Positions 17,732 through 27,402 are shown, counted from the stretch's first letter. The stretch: DNA of 64,000 nt from Escherichia coli (GCA_029351405.1 GCA_029351405.1_4841.1), one strand, 5' to 3'. Program-made: numbers and translations. Notes: a model not told the origin generated them from the sequence alone.

Positions 17732-18721
17732 TCACTTCCACTTGATGTTGAGCATGACATTGGTCAGGAAAAACACAGCATGCAACCAGACATCGCCGAC
17801 TTGGCGGTGTTCAATCTGAGACTGACCACATACGCACACCAGATCAGGGATAGACTCATTCTGAACCAACATTTGCTTCTCTTTATCCTGTGGCACACAG
17901 AACTGGAAGAAGCGGGAATAGAAGTCTTCAGTGATATAGTTCTGGTTGTCGGTCACCCACTGCTTCATCCCAGCCCAGTCATTATCCTTCAACATATTCA
18001 CCAACATGCCCATATCGGCCGATTTTAACACAGCCAGTGCACGTTCGTCGATCTTGCCGTAAGTGGTGACGTTATCCTGTAGAACACCCATGATGCGGCG
18101 GTTATCAGGGAAATGGCGCTTGACAATAGCAGCCAACACAGGAGGGTCATACTCAACACCTTCGCTGCGAAGGATTTCAGCACAGCGGCGCATGAACTGA
18201 AGTTTGACCTCATCAGCCTCAGTCTCATTCCAGATAAAGTCGATTTCACGGCAACGAGAGCGCAGAGGTTCGTTCACACGTTGCTTGGCGTTGGTGGTCA
18301 GGATGAATGAACAGTTCTTGGAGACCTTCTCCACAATACCCTTCAGCGACTCCTGCGCCGCCATAGACAGACGCTCTACTTCGTCGAGGATAACGACTTT
18401 GCGACCACCGAATACACTCACACCAGTAGAGTACTGAATCACGCGGTCACGGATAACGTCGATACTGTTGTCCAGGGATGCGTTGATCATCAGTGGTTGC
18501 TTACAACCGATCTCGTTACACACAGCCAGGGCGGAGGTAGTCTTGCCAGTACCAGGCTGAGGGGAGTAGAACAGCATAGACGGGATGTTACCGTTGCCGC
18601 TGGTGATGTAGCCATGGATTTTAGCGCGGACGTCTTGAGGGATGATAATCTCGTCCAGGTTGTCAGGGCGGAAACGGTTCTCCCAGGCGTACTGGTCTTT
18701 TACAATCGTGATATTAGACAT
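17732..18721 (-). CDS. clamp loader large subunit (gp44-like AAA+ ATPase)
   Basis: 329 aa; Walker A PQPGTGKTT, Walker B VVILDEV, SRC motif (SRCREIDF) of RFC-type clamp loaders. Confidence 0.85.
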   Translation of the reverse strand: MSNITIVKDQYAWENRFRPDNLDEIIIPQDVRAKIHGYITSGNGNIPSMLFYSPQPGTGKTTSALAVCNEIGCKQPLMINASLDNSIDVIRDRVIQYSTGVSVFGGRKVVILDEVERLSMAAQESLKGIVEKVSKNCSFILTTNAKQRVNEPLRSRCREIDFIWNETEADEVKLQFMRRCAEILRSEGVEYDPPVLAAIVKRHFPDNRRIMGVLQDNVTTYGKIDERALAVLKSADMGMLVNMLKDNDWAGMKQWVTDNQNYITEDFYSRFFQFCVPQDKEKQMLVQNESIPDLVCVCGQSQIEHRQVGDVWLHAVFFLTNVMLNIKWK

Positions 18722-19377
18722 TATGTATTTCCATGATATAGTTTACAGAACAGAACCCAAGCGTCGTCATCATACGGGTTCCAGCCCTCTTTGAATTTGT
18801 TTAACATACTCGTTGCGGTGTTCTCTTTAATAGAGAACAAACGGGCAATTCTATGGCACCCATCACCAGTAGAAACCCAGTGATCATACACTACCCCAGC
18901 CTTTAACCACATCGGTCTGGTGTTGTGTAGCAGCGCAGCCCCGGTGTCCCAGGGTTTTATTCCTGCGGCGGGGTGGCTTTTACCAGTTCTTCCGTGCATG
19001 GGATGAAGATTCCCAGACTTGCCCTTCAACCAACTCGAGACACCAACTCGGTGATGTTTAGGTCCCGCTGACCTACCGTTGGCGATACCACAACCCCGTG
19101 GCTGAAATGATTTGTTTAAACATTTTGGGTGATCAATGTTCTCACTAATCAACTGCTGCTCTCTCCAATATGCTTCTTCTGGGGAGTCAAACAGTTCTAC
19201 GAATTCTACATCAAAGAAATCAGAACCTTTCTTAGATATGATTTCCTTGACTGTTTGTGAAGAAGTGAAATATGAAGTGAACAATTGTAAAGGATGTGCA
19301 CCCAATTTCGTTCTAGAACCAAAATAGAAAGAACCATCCTTCCCTAACAAATGATATACAAACGGTTGGTTCCTCAT
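18721..19377 (-). CDS. GIY-YIG-like homing endonuclease gene inserted between the clamp and clamp-loader genes
   Basis: ORF trimmed to ATG 19377 with GAGG RBS; N-terminus FVYHLLGKDGSFYFGS resembles the GIY...YIG motif. Confidence 0.45.
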   Translation of the reverse strand: MRNQPFVYHLLGKDGSFYFGSRTKLGAHPLQLFTSYFTSSQTVKEIISKKGSDFFDVEFVELFDSPEEAYWREQQLISENIDHPKCLNKSFQPRGCGIANGRSAGPKHHRVGVSSWLKGKSGNLHPMHGRTGKSHPAAGIKPWDTGAALLHNTRPMWLKAGVVYDHWVSTGDGCHRIARLFSIKENTATSMLNKFKEGWNPYDDDAWVLFCKLYHGNT

Positions 19378-19409
19378 TTCAGCCTCGTGTAGAAGAATCA
19401 TTTCAAATA

Positions 19410-19428
19410 GGCGGGGAACTCCCCCGCC
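19410..19428 (-). terminator. hairpin GGCGGGG-AACT-CCCCGCC plus TATTTGAAA
   Basis: Between the sliding clamp gene and the endonuclease gene. Confidence 0.45.
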
Positions 19429-19458
19429 CACACATTATAGCATCAGGCTGGAGATTGA

Positions 19459-20127
19459 TTACTCAATCTGTGCGCCGACGAAGTAATTGATCGTCGCGTC
19501 GGATGATTGGAAGTTCACCATCTGTAGATCAGCACATGCACGCAGAGTGTAGTTGCCTTCGATCATTTTCAGGTTGGCAACATCCAGCGGCATTACGAAG
19601 TCCGGCAGCGCGGTTTCGCCCAGCTCAACAGTGTAATTGTTGGAGTTGTCCAGGGTAGTGGTGGTTGCAACCAGGCGTGTTTTGCCACCCTGAGCAACCA
19701 GACGCACAGTCTTATGTCCTAGGGTAGAGCAGGCGCGGGTCAGTTCTTTCATCTTCTCTGGAGTGATGATCGCTTCAAAATCGACAGACGGCAGTTCAAT
19801 GGTGTCAGCCGGAACAACAGTGAGTTCTTTAGCAGAACGCCAGAATTGCAGCTGAGAGCTTTCGCCTTTCAACAGGATGTAGTCCTGATGGAATTCGGCT
19901 TTGGCACCTTTGAAGGAAGGTAGGCGCTGGATGGCCAGAAGTTTGGTCAGGTCCAGAATCGGGAACTCAAACGGGAAGTCTTCTTCGATCTGCGCCACGG
20001 CGATCACAGTAGAAGAATCATTAATACTGCGCAGCATCTTGCCCGGTGTCAGAACGATAGATGGGTTGATGGTCTCAAAGTTGGCCAGCAACTGAAGTGT
20101 ACGTTCAGAGAGAGTGATCTCTTGCAT
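19459..20127 (-). CDS. sliding clamp (gp45-like)
   Basis: 222 aa, the size of T4 gp45; N-terminus LQLLANFETINPSIVL resembles gp45; sits upstream of the clamp-loader genes. Confidence 0.7.
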   Translation of the reverse strand: MQEITLSERTLQLLANFETINPSIVLTPGKMLRSINDSSTVIAVAQIEEDFPFEFPILDLTKLLAIQRLPSFKGAKAEFHQDYILLKGESSQLQFWRSAKELTVVPADTIELPSVDFEAIITPEKMKELTRACSTLGHKTVRLVAQGGKTRLVATTTTLDNSNNYTVELGETALPDFVMPLDVANLKMIEGNYTLRACADLQMVNFQSSDATINYFVGAQIE

Positions 20128-20317
20128 TTGTATGTATCCTCAAAATATAGTGGGGGTTCAAGTCATGTTTGACGCAATCTAGTATCGCTGTGTTTTGCTT
20201 ATAGAACAAGTGGCAAATTGCGCTACGCGTTATTAATAAATGCCTTCGGCATTTATGGACTTTATTAAAGATAATAACCTTTATTAATCCTATTCGCTTC
20301 GCTCATAAAACAAATAC

Positions 20318-20344
20318 TCGTTGTTCGCTAACGCTCACAACTCG
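20318..20344 (+). repeat. 27-nt conserved intergenic element, copy 1
   Basis: TCGTTGTTCGCTAACGCTCACAACTCG, followed by TATAAT; 126 nt upstream of the plus-strand gene at 20470. Confidence 0.5.
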
Positions 20345-20469
20345 TATAATACCACGCCGTTGTTCAACAAGAAAGCAGTTTTTATTCAACAGCAAAAATA
20401 ATTTATTTGGTCTAAACATGCACGCGAAATAATATGTATGTCATGTTAACCAACACACGAGAGTAATAT

Positions 20470-20814
20470 ATGAAACAGTTCGTAGGATTATACGCAGTTG
20501 GGTGTAGTAAGCCAGACGCCAACACCCCAGTTTATCTGACACAGCTGGCGTCAGACAAGAACTTACCATCGGAACCGCGATTTGTCCCCCTTGGCTTGAT
20601 GACAGGCCTGAAAGTTGGTCTGTATGTCGGCGTTGTGACGTTTGAAAACGGCATCGAAGCGAAGGTTCTGCCATTCAAATTGGGTAGTGAACAAATGCTG
20701 AAGGATACGATCAGTGAACACCTGAACTCACAATGTCTGGCTTCTCTGGATAAATTGTTCGGCGTAGTATCTGATGAAGGCGAGGCCACCCCCGCCTATG
20801 TGAATCAAGATTAA
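20470..20814 (+). CDS. hypothetical protein (114 aa), plus-strand
   Basis: ATG with GAGAG RBS after a 340-bp AT-rich intergenic region; convergent with the helicase gene. Confidence 0.5.
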   Translation: MKQFVGLYAVGCSKPDANTPVYLTQLASDKNLPSEPRFVPLGLMTGLKVGLYVGVVTFENGIEAKVLPFKLGSEQMLKDTISEHLNSQCLASLDKLFGVVSDEGEATPAYVNQD

Positions 20815-22319
20815 TCGTGATTACCCAGCGCCACCTTCATGAACTCCACAGGGTGGCGCTCTGCCAGGTAAAACTTGTAACGCTCATGAGAGTGCCTAAG
20901 AGCGTGGTTCGTGCTGGCGTTATACGATGCATCATCAACTAAGTCCCATATCCACGCAACGTCCTTAGAGGAGTGCTGACGCATCAGACGACCCAATGTC
21001 TGTATGACGCGGATATATGACTTGCTCGGGTGTGCCAGTACAAGGTGGTGCAGCTTCTTGATTGACACACCCTGCTGCATTGTTCCGTATGATGCTAACA
21101 GGGTGATGTCCTCTCCATCCTCCATCGCTTTCTGTATGCGACGGCGGTCTTCTATCTTCACTTCCCCGTTGATGACAAACACGTTGGGCTTGACTGCGCT
21201 CAGCATATCATACACGACCATCATGTGACCATCAATACGCTCGAACATGATGGCCACGTTTCCTTTCAGATTCAGTGCCATCTTGGCGATCAGTTCGTTG
21301 CGGGACTGGTGTGTAATAAGGTATTCTATTTCCTTGGAATAATCCCCGTCCAGACCAACGGCATCCGCCGGAGTGTGCTTCAGCTGAATCATCTTCACTT
21401 TGATGTCAGTGGCGTACCCGAGATTGATAAGGTCGCGAGCCGTGATGATCTTATGGTACGCCCCGAAGTGAGCCACCACCTGAAGCCCGGCAACTTTGGT
21501 GTTCGCCAGCGTACCTGTAACCCCCAGGCGCTGGTCGGCATAGATGCAGTTGTTTAGGATGTAAGACAGTTTATCAGACTTGGAGGTGTGCACTTCGTCC
21601 ACCACGATATCACCGAACTGGTGGAACCATTCCTTCGGCTGGTCTTGAATGCCTTGCCATGTACTGATGACGATTGGTTTGCTGATCTCCTTTGTCGCGC
21701 CCTCAAAAATCAGCTGGGTGTTAGCAACGGGCTTCCAATCACTGCCATGAGCATACTCTTCGAAGTTGTCGTACAGCTGAGTGACTAGGTGGATTGACGG
21801 CACCACGATAAGCGTCTTCAGAGGACTTTCGAGAGCTTCTCTGCGCCGCCTGTAGTACCGCGCCATGACATACAGAATAAAGGACTTACCGGCACTCGTA
21901 GCCAGTTCACAGACGCATCTGGTTTGACGCATAGCCTTGGCGATGGTGTCGTACTGGTAGTCACGAGTCTCGGCATCGATATATTCGTGATTTTCGGTGC
22001 GGATCTTTGGATGCAGACTGTCGATGAAGTCACGGATTTCTTCATCTGGGATTTCCTGAATGTACTTCAGTGTCGGATCCAGTTCAATTGTGTATCCGTT
22101 GTTCTTACAGAACTTAAATACCTCAAACAGCAGACCGATATCGATTAGACCAGATGACTTGGTAAATAGGCGGACAACCCCGTCCCATTTAGAGAAGGGG
22201 TTGGGAACGAAGTTCGGGTCTTCGAATTTGAAGTAATCATTAAGTTCTTCCCTGATAGAAAGATCTGCGATGCAACGCATGCGGACTTCGTTAACCTTAA
22301 CAATCTGAATGTCTGCCAT
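20811..22319 (-). CDS. UvsW-like SF2 DNA helicase
   Basis: ORF trimmed to ATG 22319 (GGGAG RBS); ATP-binding GKS loop, VVDEVH (DExH) box, C-terminal helicase motifs; late-promoter motif upstream. Confidence 0.75.
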   Translation of the reverse strand: MADIQIVKVNEVRMRCIADLSIREELNDYFKFEDPNFVPNPFSKWDGVVRLFTKSSGLIDIGLLFEVFKFCKNNGYTIELDPTLKYIQEIPDEEIRDFIDSLHPKIRTENHEYIDAETRDYQYDTIAKAMRQTRCVCELATSAGKSFILYVMARYYRRRREALESPLKTLIVVPSIHLVTQLYDNFEEYAHGSDWKPVANTQLIFEGATKEISKPIVISTWQGIQDQPKEWFHQFGDIVVDEVHTSKSDKLSYILNNCIYADQRLGVTGTLANTKVAGLQVVAHFGAYHKIITARDLINLGYATDIKVKMIQLKHTPADAVGLDGDYSKEIEYLITHQSRNELIAKMALNLKGNVAIMFERIDGHMMVVYDMLSAVKPNVFVINGEVKIEDRRRIQKAMEDGEDITLLASYGTMQQGVSIKKLHHLVLAHPSKSYIRVIQTLGRLMRQHSSKDVAWIWDLVDDASYNASTNHALRHSHERYKFYLAERHPVEFMKVALGNHD

Positions 22320-22340
22320 ACAAAATCTCCCAAGGATTAT

Positions 22341-22351
22341 GGGGTATTTAG
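22341..22351 (-). promoter_or_regulatory. late-promoter-like motif CTAAATAcccc
   Basis: Minus-strand CTAAATACCCC about 25 nt upstream of the UvsW-like start. Confidence 0.45.
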
Positions 22352-23094
22352 TGATCCGGCCAGACTCCGTTTTGTTCTTTATCCATGCGATGATACAGAC
22401 GAACACGCTCAAACATCTTTGTCAGAATGTCATCACGGTTGAACTCAATGATGGTTGGTAGAGGGGAAGACTCGTTGGCAATCACGTTGATGAGGCGGGT
22501 GATCTTGACACCGAACATCTGCTGGAACATGACCGAATATAAACACAGCTGGATACTGTAATCCTCGATCATGCCCCGCGTCTTCATAGTGTTCGATGTC
22601 TTGAAGTCGATGACAGCAGGTTTACCCTCATAAACCCCGATAAGGTCTACACGACCTGCAAGACCAAGCACCTCGCTATATAATGGGATCTCCTGAGCAT
22701 AGATCTTTGTCATCTTGTTCAGGTAAGGGAACAGCTGCTTGAACATGAACATGTATTCGCCAGCCGCTTCCAACACTTCTTTCATTGGGCGGTTCTTTAG
22801 ATACAGTTCACACGCAAGGTGCAGCTTCTCCCCTCGGTCAGCACAGCGCATGGTCTCAAGATCAGCGGCCTCTGCGCCCAGCTTCTTCCTCCAAGACTCA
22901 AGCCATTCATGATCTCCAGTGCGTCCCAGCATAGTCGTGACGGATGTCAGTTTAACACCAGACGGTGAAACGTAATGACGACCATTCTCCGTCGTAACAC
23001 ACTCCAGTTCCTTGTAAGGAAGTTCGTATTGCTGGAATGTGTAATGACGGTTTTCGAAGTCATTCAGCTTGCGTAGATCCTGGAGAGATGCCAT
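22348..23094 (-). CDS. PD-(D/E)XK (RecB/Cas4-like) nuclease
   Basis: 248 aa; GRVDLIGVYEGKPAVIDFKTS gives a D ... D-x-K catalytic arrangement. Confidence 0.55.
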   Translation of the reverse strand: MASLQDLRKLNDFENRHYTFQQYELPYKELECVTTENGRHYVSPSGVKLTSVTTMLGRTGDHEWLESWRKKLGAEAADLETMRCADRGEKLHLACELYLKNRPMKEVLEAAGEYMFMFKQLFPYLNKMTKIYAQEIPLYSEVLGLAGRVDLIGVYEGKPAVIDFKTSNTMKTRGMIEDYSIQLCLYSVMFQQMFGVKITRLINVIANESSPLPTIIEFNRDDILTKMFERVRLYHRMDKEQNGVWPDH

Positions 23095-23109
23095 TATGTG
23101 TGATCCTCG

Positions 23110-23562
23110 TTATACACCATCAATATATTTTCTCCACTCAATAGCATTTTTCACTTCGTATCCCAGTTTGTTCAGGCGATCCAAACAAGTCTCTATGAAC
23201 TTGACTTTTGCTTTTTGTTCTTGTAACAGAACAGACAACTCCACATAGTCATCGTCTGCTTTGACCCATGTATCCAGGTCAGACTTCAGGGGGCGAACCT
23301 TCAGGGGGCGCTCTGCGTAGATGTTAGGGGGTAACTCCCCTGCATAGTAGCGGCGCAGATAGAGATCGATCTGGCGGAAGCGTCCGTTGAGAAATTCAAG
23401 ATAACGCCCCTCGCGCAGATAATGCCGCTGTACAGCCATCCAAGAGCGCCCGATTTTCAGCGAGATCTGGTCAAGGTTCATGTCTTCTGGGTCCACTGTG
23501 ATCAGCGGCTCCAGTTCGTTCATGATGTCCTCGGTAGCCATTGTCTGTAGTTGTTCTTTCAT
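23110..23562 (-). CDS. UvsY-like recombination mediator (tentative)
   Basis: 150 aa, next to the UvsW-like gene as in T4; weak resemblance of the C-terminal helical region to UvsY. Confidence 0.4.
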   Translation of the reverse strand: MKEQLQTMATEDIMNELEPLITVDPEDMNLDQISLKIGRSWMAVQRHYLREGRYLEFLNGRFRQIDLYLRRYYAGELPPNIYAERPLKVRPLKSDLDTWVKADDDYVELSVLLQEQKAKVKFIETCLDRLNKLGYEVKNAIEWRKYIDGV

Positions 23563-23592
23563 AAAATATCCCAGCTTGTCAATGTCATAGAA

Positions 23593-24105
23593 TTATACCG
23601 CATTTCGTGGATTAGAATCAATCGCCTTCCCACCAGATAGTGGAACCAGCTGTTGGAACTTGAAGGTCACTGTCGTCACCAGCTGAGGTACAGCCGCGTC
23701 TACGTCCACCAGTACGTTGTCCAAAGCAGTCGGGCGGGCTTCCTCCAGCACGAGAGTGAGGCCAATCGGTCGGTTGAGGTTATCCAGCAATTCAATGGTA
23801 ATGTCCTTGCTGACAGGCAAATCCTTGCCGACGTTGCTGGTAATCCATTGGTGGATCTGTAACCATGATTTCCAGTCCTCGTCTATAACGAAAGTAAATA
23901 CGACGGGATCATAGGTTAAACGCTCTGAAGGTATAGAAACCAACACGTCACCAGGAGACGGACCATCGATGCCTTCGGAGTACACCCCTGGTATACTGAA
24001 GTCGTGGATGTTACGGGTTAGGAGTACAAGGTCTCCGATAGTCAGACGCCACTTATCGGACGCCGCGAAATTAGGGTTTTCGTTCTTAAATTGTACGTTG
24101 GACAT
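23593..24105 (-). CDS. hypothetical protein (170 aa; N-terminus uncertain)
   Basis: ATG 24105 with AAAGGTG RBS; the frame stays open upstream to 24408, so a longer form from ATG 24315/24318 is possible. Confidence 0.45.
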   Translation of the reverse strand: MSNVQFKNENPNFAASDKWRLTIGDLVLLTRNIHDFSIPGVYSEGIDGPSPGDVLVSIPSERLTYDPVVFTFVIDEDWKSWLQIHQWITSNVGKDLPVSKDITIELLDNLNRPIGLTLVLEEARPTALDNVLVDVDAAVPQLVTTVTFKFQQLVPLSGGKAIDSNPRNAV

Positions 24106-24304
24106 AATAGCACCTTTACTGTGGAGATATTTTGTGACCCTGATGCGCGGGATCAGTAGATTGTTGTTGGCATGCTCGATGCTCTTGTTTACGAGCTGTC
24201 GCATCTTTGTCACGCCAATAATTTCTGTTTCCGAACTCTGGAACCCAGAAGTGCGCACTGTACCTGTGACGTTGTCGGCCAGCGTTCCCACTTGTAACAA
24301 GGGT

Positions 24305-24784
24305 ATGCTGGACATCATCGTGCAAGAGTTCCAGCCCTTCCAGAAGCTCGTACCTTTAGGTTGCTTTGATGAGAACACGAGCACCCTCAAGCCATACTGG
24401 AAGACCACAATTCCTCTCCTGCGGCGTGGCGATGAAGGGAAGATTCCATACCTATCAGCAAGTATTTATTACTCTCAGAACAACAGCATCATTATCACCT
24501 TTAATCCATCATTCCATGCCAAGCTGAAGCAACACATAGTTGGGCGACTGGATACAACATCAGATATAATCGTGACGTTCAAGATCATGAATGACTCAGA
24601 TAAACCAGTACGAATCGCAACTCAGGGTGTGTTCGTTAACAACGACGCGGTTGGAAATGGGATGAGTATCTTTGAAGTTAACCCAGGGGGAACGATCTTG
24701 ATCAGACTGAGTAATGTGGGTGTGAACTCCCTGCTGTTGGATGGCATCGAACCAGTGGGAGTTCTTCCGGCGCGGGAGCACTGA
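24305..24784 (+). CDS. hypothetical plus-strand protein (start uncertain)
   Basis: Plus-strand frame open across 24106-24784 where no convincing minus gene exists beyond 24408; candidate ATGs at 24143, 24305 and 24581; C-terminal region looks protein-like. Confidence 0.3.
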   Translation: MLDIIVQEFQPFQKLVPLGCFDENTSTLKPYWKTTIPLLRRGDEGKIPYLSASIYYSQNNSIIITFNPSFHAKLKQHIVGRLDTTSDIIVTFKIMNDSDKPVRIATQGVFVNNDAVGNGMSIFEVNPGGTILIRLSNVGVNSLLLDGIEPVGVLPAREH

Positions 24785-25513
24785 TTACTTCAGCGCGTTC
24801 TTCAGATTATCGGAACCGATGCTGTTGATGACACCTCCGGCGCAGATATCTTTCGCCCACTCTGAGATCACGTTGGCGAAAGAGAAGTTAAGACACTTAC
24901 CAACCATGTCTTGGATATGGGCTAACTCTGCTGCAATACCGTTCGTGATGTCCTGAGCAATAGAGGCTACTGATGCGACAGCAGTGTCGATGGCCTGAGT
25001 AACTTCAGCGGCCAGTGCCTGAATAGCATCAAGACCAGCACTGACACCCTGAGCTACCAACTCAGCCAGCTCATTCATCTTGTTTGTGATAGTTGTGAGA
25101 ACACTTTGCATTGTGTTGATCCACTGTTTGCCGAGGTTCTGAATAACCCCAAATGCATTATTGATCAGATCACAGTTGTTCGGTTCTCGACCTATAGACT
25201 TCAGGGCGGACTTATACGACACAGATGTACCGATGCGGGAATATGCCTCGTTCACTGACTGGTAGCCATAGTTGTTCAAAGTAGTGATGCTGTCGTTGGC
25301 TGAGTTGAACATTGCTGTAGATTCGTTGAGTTTGGCTGTAGTCAACCCACCTGCCGTCAGCGCTTCCTGAATCTGCGTATTTCCGGTGTTAGCCAGTGAC
25401 GCTGTAGTCGCCTTACCACTGGTGATTAACCCCTGTGAGGCGCTGCTGAGGGACGGGAGAGGATTGGTAAAGGCGTTGCCCTGCGATAGGGCGTCATAGA
25501 TCTGTGCGTTCAT
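24785..25513 (-). CDS. late-expressed Ala/Ser/Thr/Asn-rich protein, probably virion-associated
   Basis: 242 aa with composition typical of tail or whisker proteins; CTAAATAcccccc motif upstream. Confidence 0.5.
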   Translation of the reverse strand: MNAQIYDALSQGNAFTNPLPSLSSASQGLITSGKATTASLANTGNTQIQEALTAGGLTTAKLNESTAMFNSANDSITTLNNYGYQSVNEAYSRIGTSVSYKSALKSIGREPNNCDLINNAFGVIQNLGKQWINTMQSVLTTITNKMNELAELVAQGVSAGLDAIQALAAEVTQAIDTAVASVASIAQDITNGIAAELAHIQDMVGKCLNFSFANVISEWAKDICAGGVINSIGSDNLKNALK

Positions 25514-25536
25514 AAGAAAATACCCCCATGGATGAT

Positions 25537-25549
25537 GGGGGGTATTTAG
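25537..25549 (-). promoter_or_regulatory. late-promoter-like motif CTAAATAcccccc
   Basis: Upstream of the 242-aa gene start at 25513. Confidence 0.45.
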
Positions 25550-25552
25550 GGA

Positions 25553-25723
25553 TCATGGTAGTTTGTAAACGAAGTTGGACCAGAACTTACGAACAAACTT
25601 CTTGACATAAACCATTCGGTTGGCGTATTCCCCATCCTTCAGGTCATTGTAGGTCTCGATCCCTACCGCGCCCAAGAAGTACGCCGTGAAGATATAGCAG
25701 AACAGATTGATGACGACAAACAT
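25553..25723 (-). CDS. small hydrophobic protein (56 aa)
   Basis: Not in the ORF track (under 60 aa); ATG 25723 with GGAG RBS; hydrophobic N-terminus MFVVINLFCYIFTAYFLGAV. Confidence 0.3.
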   Translation of the reverse strand: MFVVINLFCYIFTAYFLGAVGIETYNDLKDGEYANRMVYVKKFVRKFWSNFVYKLP

Positions 25724-25764
25724 GATGTATCTCCGCTGTGTGTACTCAAATTATTTATGATATG

Positions 25765-26187
25765 TTACAAAAGACGCTTGGTCTTCGGCTTACCCATTAG
25801 AGTGATATCCACAGGGAGGCCAGCTTTCTTGCAACGGTTGATCATGTCCAGGGTGCCAGTGGACGAACCATCCCACATCGCAATCGGATACACTTCCAGC
25901 TTGGTCTGCCTGACGAGATCCAATGCCTTGTCTAACATGTCCTGATTGCGTTTGTTGCCCATCCCTTTCCCATACTTTTCATAATAGCTCGGAGGTATTG
26001 GCATAGGAGTGATATGAACATAATTGATTTCAGCCCAATCACGGCAAATCGTGTCGACACCCGTGGCCTCACCCTCAATCAGTGTATAGACCTCACGAGG
26101 ATCCAAGAGTTCGTCCAGCTTGGCGAATACCTTATCCCGCTCGGTGATTGAGCGGGAACCCGTAATGAGAACGATATACTTCTTCAT
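25765..26187 (-). CDS. SLOG/DUF2493-like Rossmann-fold protein (tentative)
   Basis: ORF trimmed to ATG 26187; IVLITGSRS ... EGEATGVD ... WDGSSTGT pattern resembles the DprA/LOG-like SLOG family. Confidence 0.4.
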   Translation of the reverse strand: MKKYIVLITGSRSITERDKVFAKLDELLDPREVYTLIEGEATGVDTICRDWAEINYVHITPMPIPPSYYEKYGKGMGNKRNQDMLDKALDLVRQTKLEVYPIAMWDGSSTGTLDMINRCKKAGLPVDITLMGKPKTKRLL

Positions 26188-26191
26188 AGAA

Positions 26192-26512
26192 TCACAGCGC
26201 CCCAAGATTGCCGATTACGTACAGGGAGCACAGAGGAGTGCCTGACGAACGAGGTTCGATCGTCATCCCGCTCAGGCGGATCAGTTCCAGTAAGCCGTCA
26301 GTGGTCTGATACGCGCGTGTCGAACCGTTCGGTCGATATAGCTCCAGCTCAGTTCGCCCTTCCTTTATTGCATTGCGAATGCGAGTGAACACGCTGTGGT
26401 CGCCGAATTTCTGTTTCAGAATATCCAGTTTGGTGGTCAGGCGGCGACGCGATTTGCGCGCACGAGGGTTCTCTTTTACGACCGCTTCTAAAATCGGGAT
26501 GCTGTTAGTCAT
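26192..26512 (-). CDS. hypothetical protein (106 aa)
   Basis: ATG with AGAGGA RBS; sigma70-like promoter about 150 nt upstream. Confidence 0.45.
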   Translation of the reverse strand: MTNSIPILEAVVKENPRARKSRRRLTTKLDILKQKFGDHSVFTRIRNAIKEGRTELELYRPNGSTRAYQTTDGLLELIRLSGMTIEPRSSGTPLCSLYVIGNLGAL

Positions 26513-26660
26513 GATAAAGTCCTCTATTTGTAGGGGATAGGGTATGCGGTTAACATACCCTGTTCAAAGGTTTAGAACAAATTGCTGCAATGTTACTTTG
26601 TAACGAGAGTGGTGATAGTTCCTTCATTTCAGAGTCAGTGTTGTGCTGCTTATGGAATGA

Positions 26661-26689
26661 AGTATATGGGGTTTATTGAAGAAGTAAAC
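26661..26689 (-). promoter_or_regulatory. sigma70-like promoter (GTTTAC-17 nt-TATACT)
   Basis: Minus-strand GGGGTTTACTTCTTCAATAAACCCCATATACT upstream of the 106-aa gene. Confidence 0.35.
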
Positions 26690-26713
26690 CCCGTTTATTG
26701 AATAAATTTAAAT

Positions 26714-26950
26714 TTATTTGAAGCGATCAGGAAGGGTGTCGTGAACCTCGGCGCTCAGCACCAGAAACTTACCATCCGTCGTTGGGAAGCAATAGTCTTT
26801 CTTGATGTGACGCAAGTGTTCAGCTACAGCTGCCACGCAGTCATCTGTCACGTCGGTCTTCTCACCAACCCACATGCTGGTTTTAGTGTTCAACCTGCCC
26901 TGGAATATAGTACCAGTGAGAGGACTTGTGCCGATCTTTTTGATAATCAT
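26714..26950 (-). CDS. hypothetical protein (78 aa)
   Basis: ATG with GAGGTC RBS. Confidence 0.45.
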   Translation of the reverse strand: MIIKKIGTSPLTGTIFQGRLNTKTSMWVGEKTDVTDDCVAAVAEHLRHIKKDYCFPTTDGKFLVLSAEVHDTLPDRFK

Positions 26951-26958
26951 GTTTGACC

Positions 26959-27402
26959 TCAGTTGTTAATGCGGAACAGTTGTGGATAACCACCTGGATG
27001 CCCTTCTCCGGTCACGAAGACCTCGTACCGGGCACCTTTAACCAAACCGGGCAAATTGCCTGAGTCGAGCAGATAGCGGATTTTATCCATAGTGTCCATC
27101 CAGGACTTAGCAGGTTCAGCTTCAGCCTCTCCACGATTGAGGACGAGTTCACCTTCAGAATAATACTTCCCGCTGTCCTTCATGTAGTACAGCTTGATAT
27201 GGATATACTGAGGGGATGGGACCAAACGCCAGCCGTCATCAATCAGATCCTGGCGATCATTATCCAGGGACTGGTAATCGATCTCACCAGACGCCAGACC
27301 ATAGCTGCGCATGTAGCGGAACTTCTCAACACGGTCTTTCACGTCAGAGATGAAGAACTCCTTCGCGGCTGGACTGATAAAAATGTATTTCTCTTTTGAC
27401 AT
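26959..27402 (-). CDS. hypothetical protein (147 aa)
   Basis: ORF trimmed to ATG 27402; GGAAGGAA RBS and CTATATC-ATG initiation motif. Confidence 0.5.
   Translation of the reverse strand: MSKEKYIFISPAAKEFFISDVKDRVEKFRYMRSYGLASGEIDYQSLDNDRQDLIDDGWRLVPSPQYIHIKLYYMKDSGKYYSEGELVLNRGEAEAEPAKSWMDTMDKIRYLLDSGNLPGLVKGARYEVFVTGEGHPGGYPQLFRINN

Noticed and set aside
18725-18734. CTATATCATG motif upstream of the gp44-like start
   Set aside because: This copy lies inside the 3-prime end of the endonuclease coding sequence (codons K-L-Y-H-G) and its ATG is followed by a stop after 6 codons; it is not a start site.
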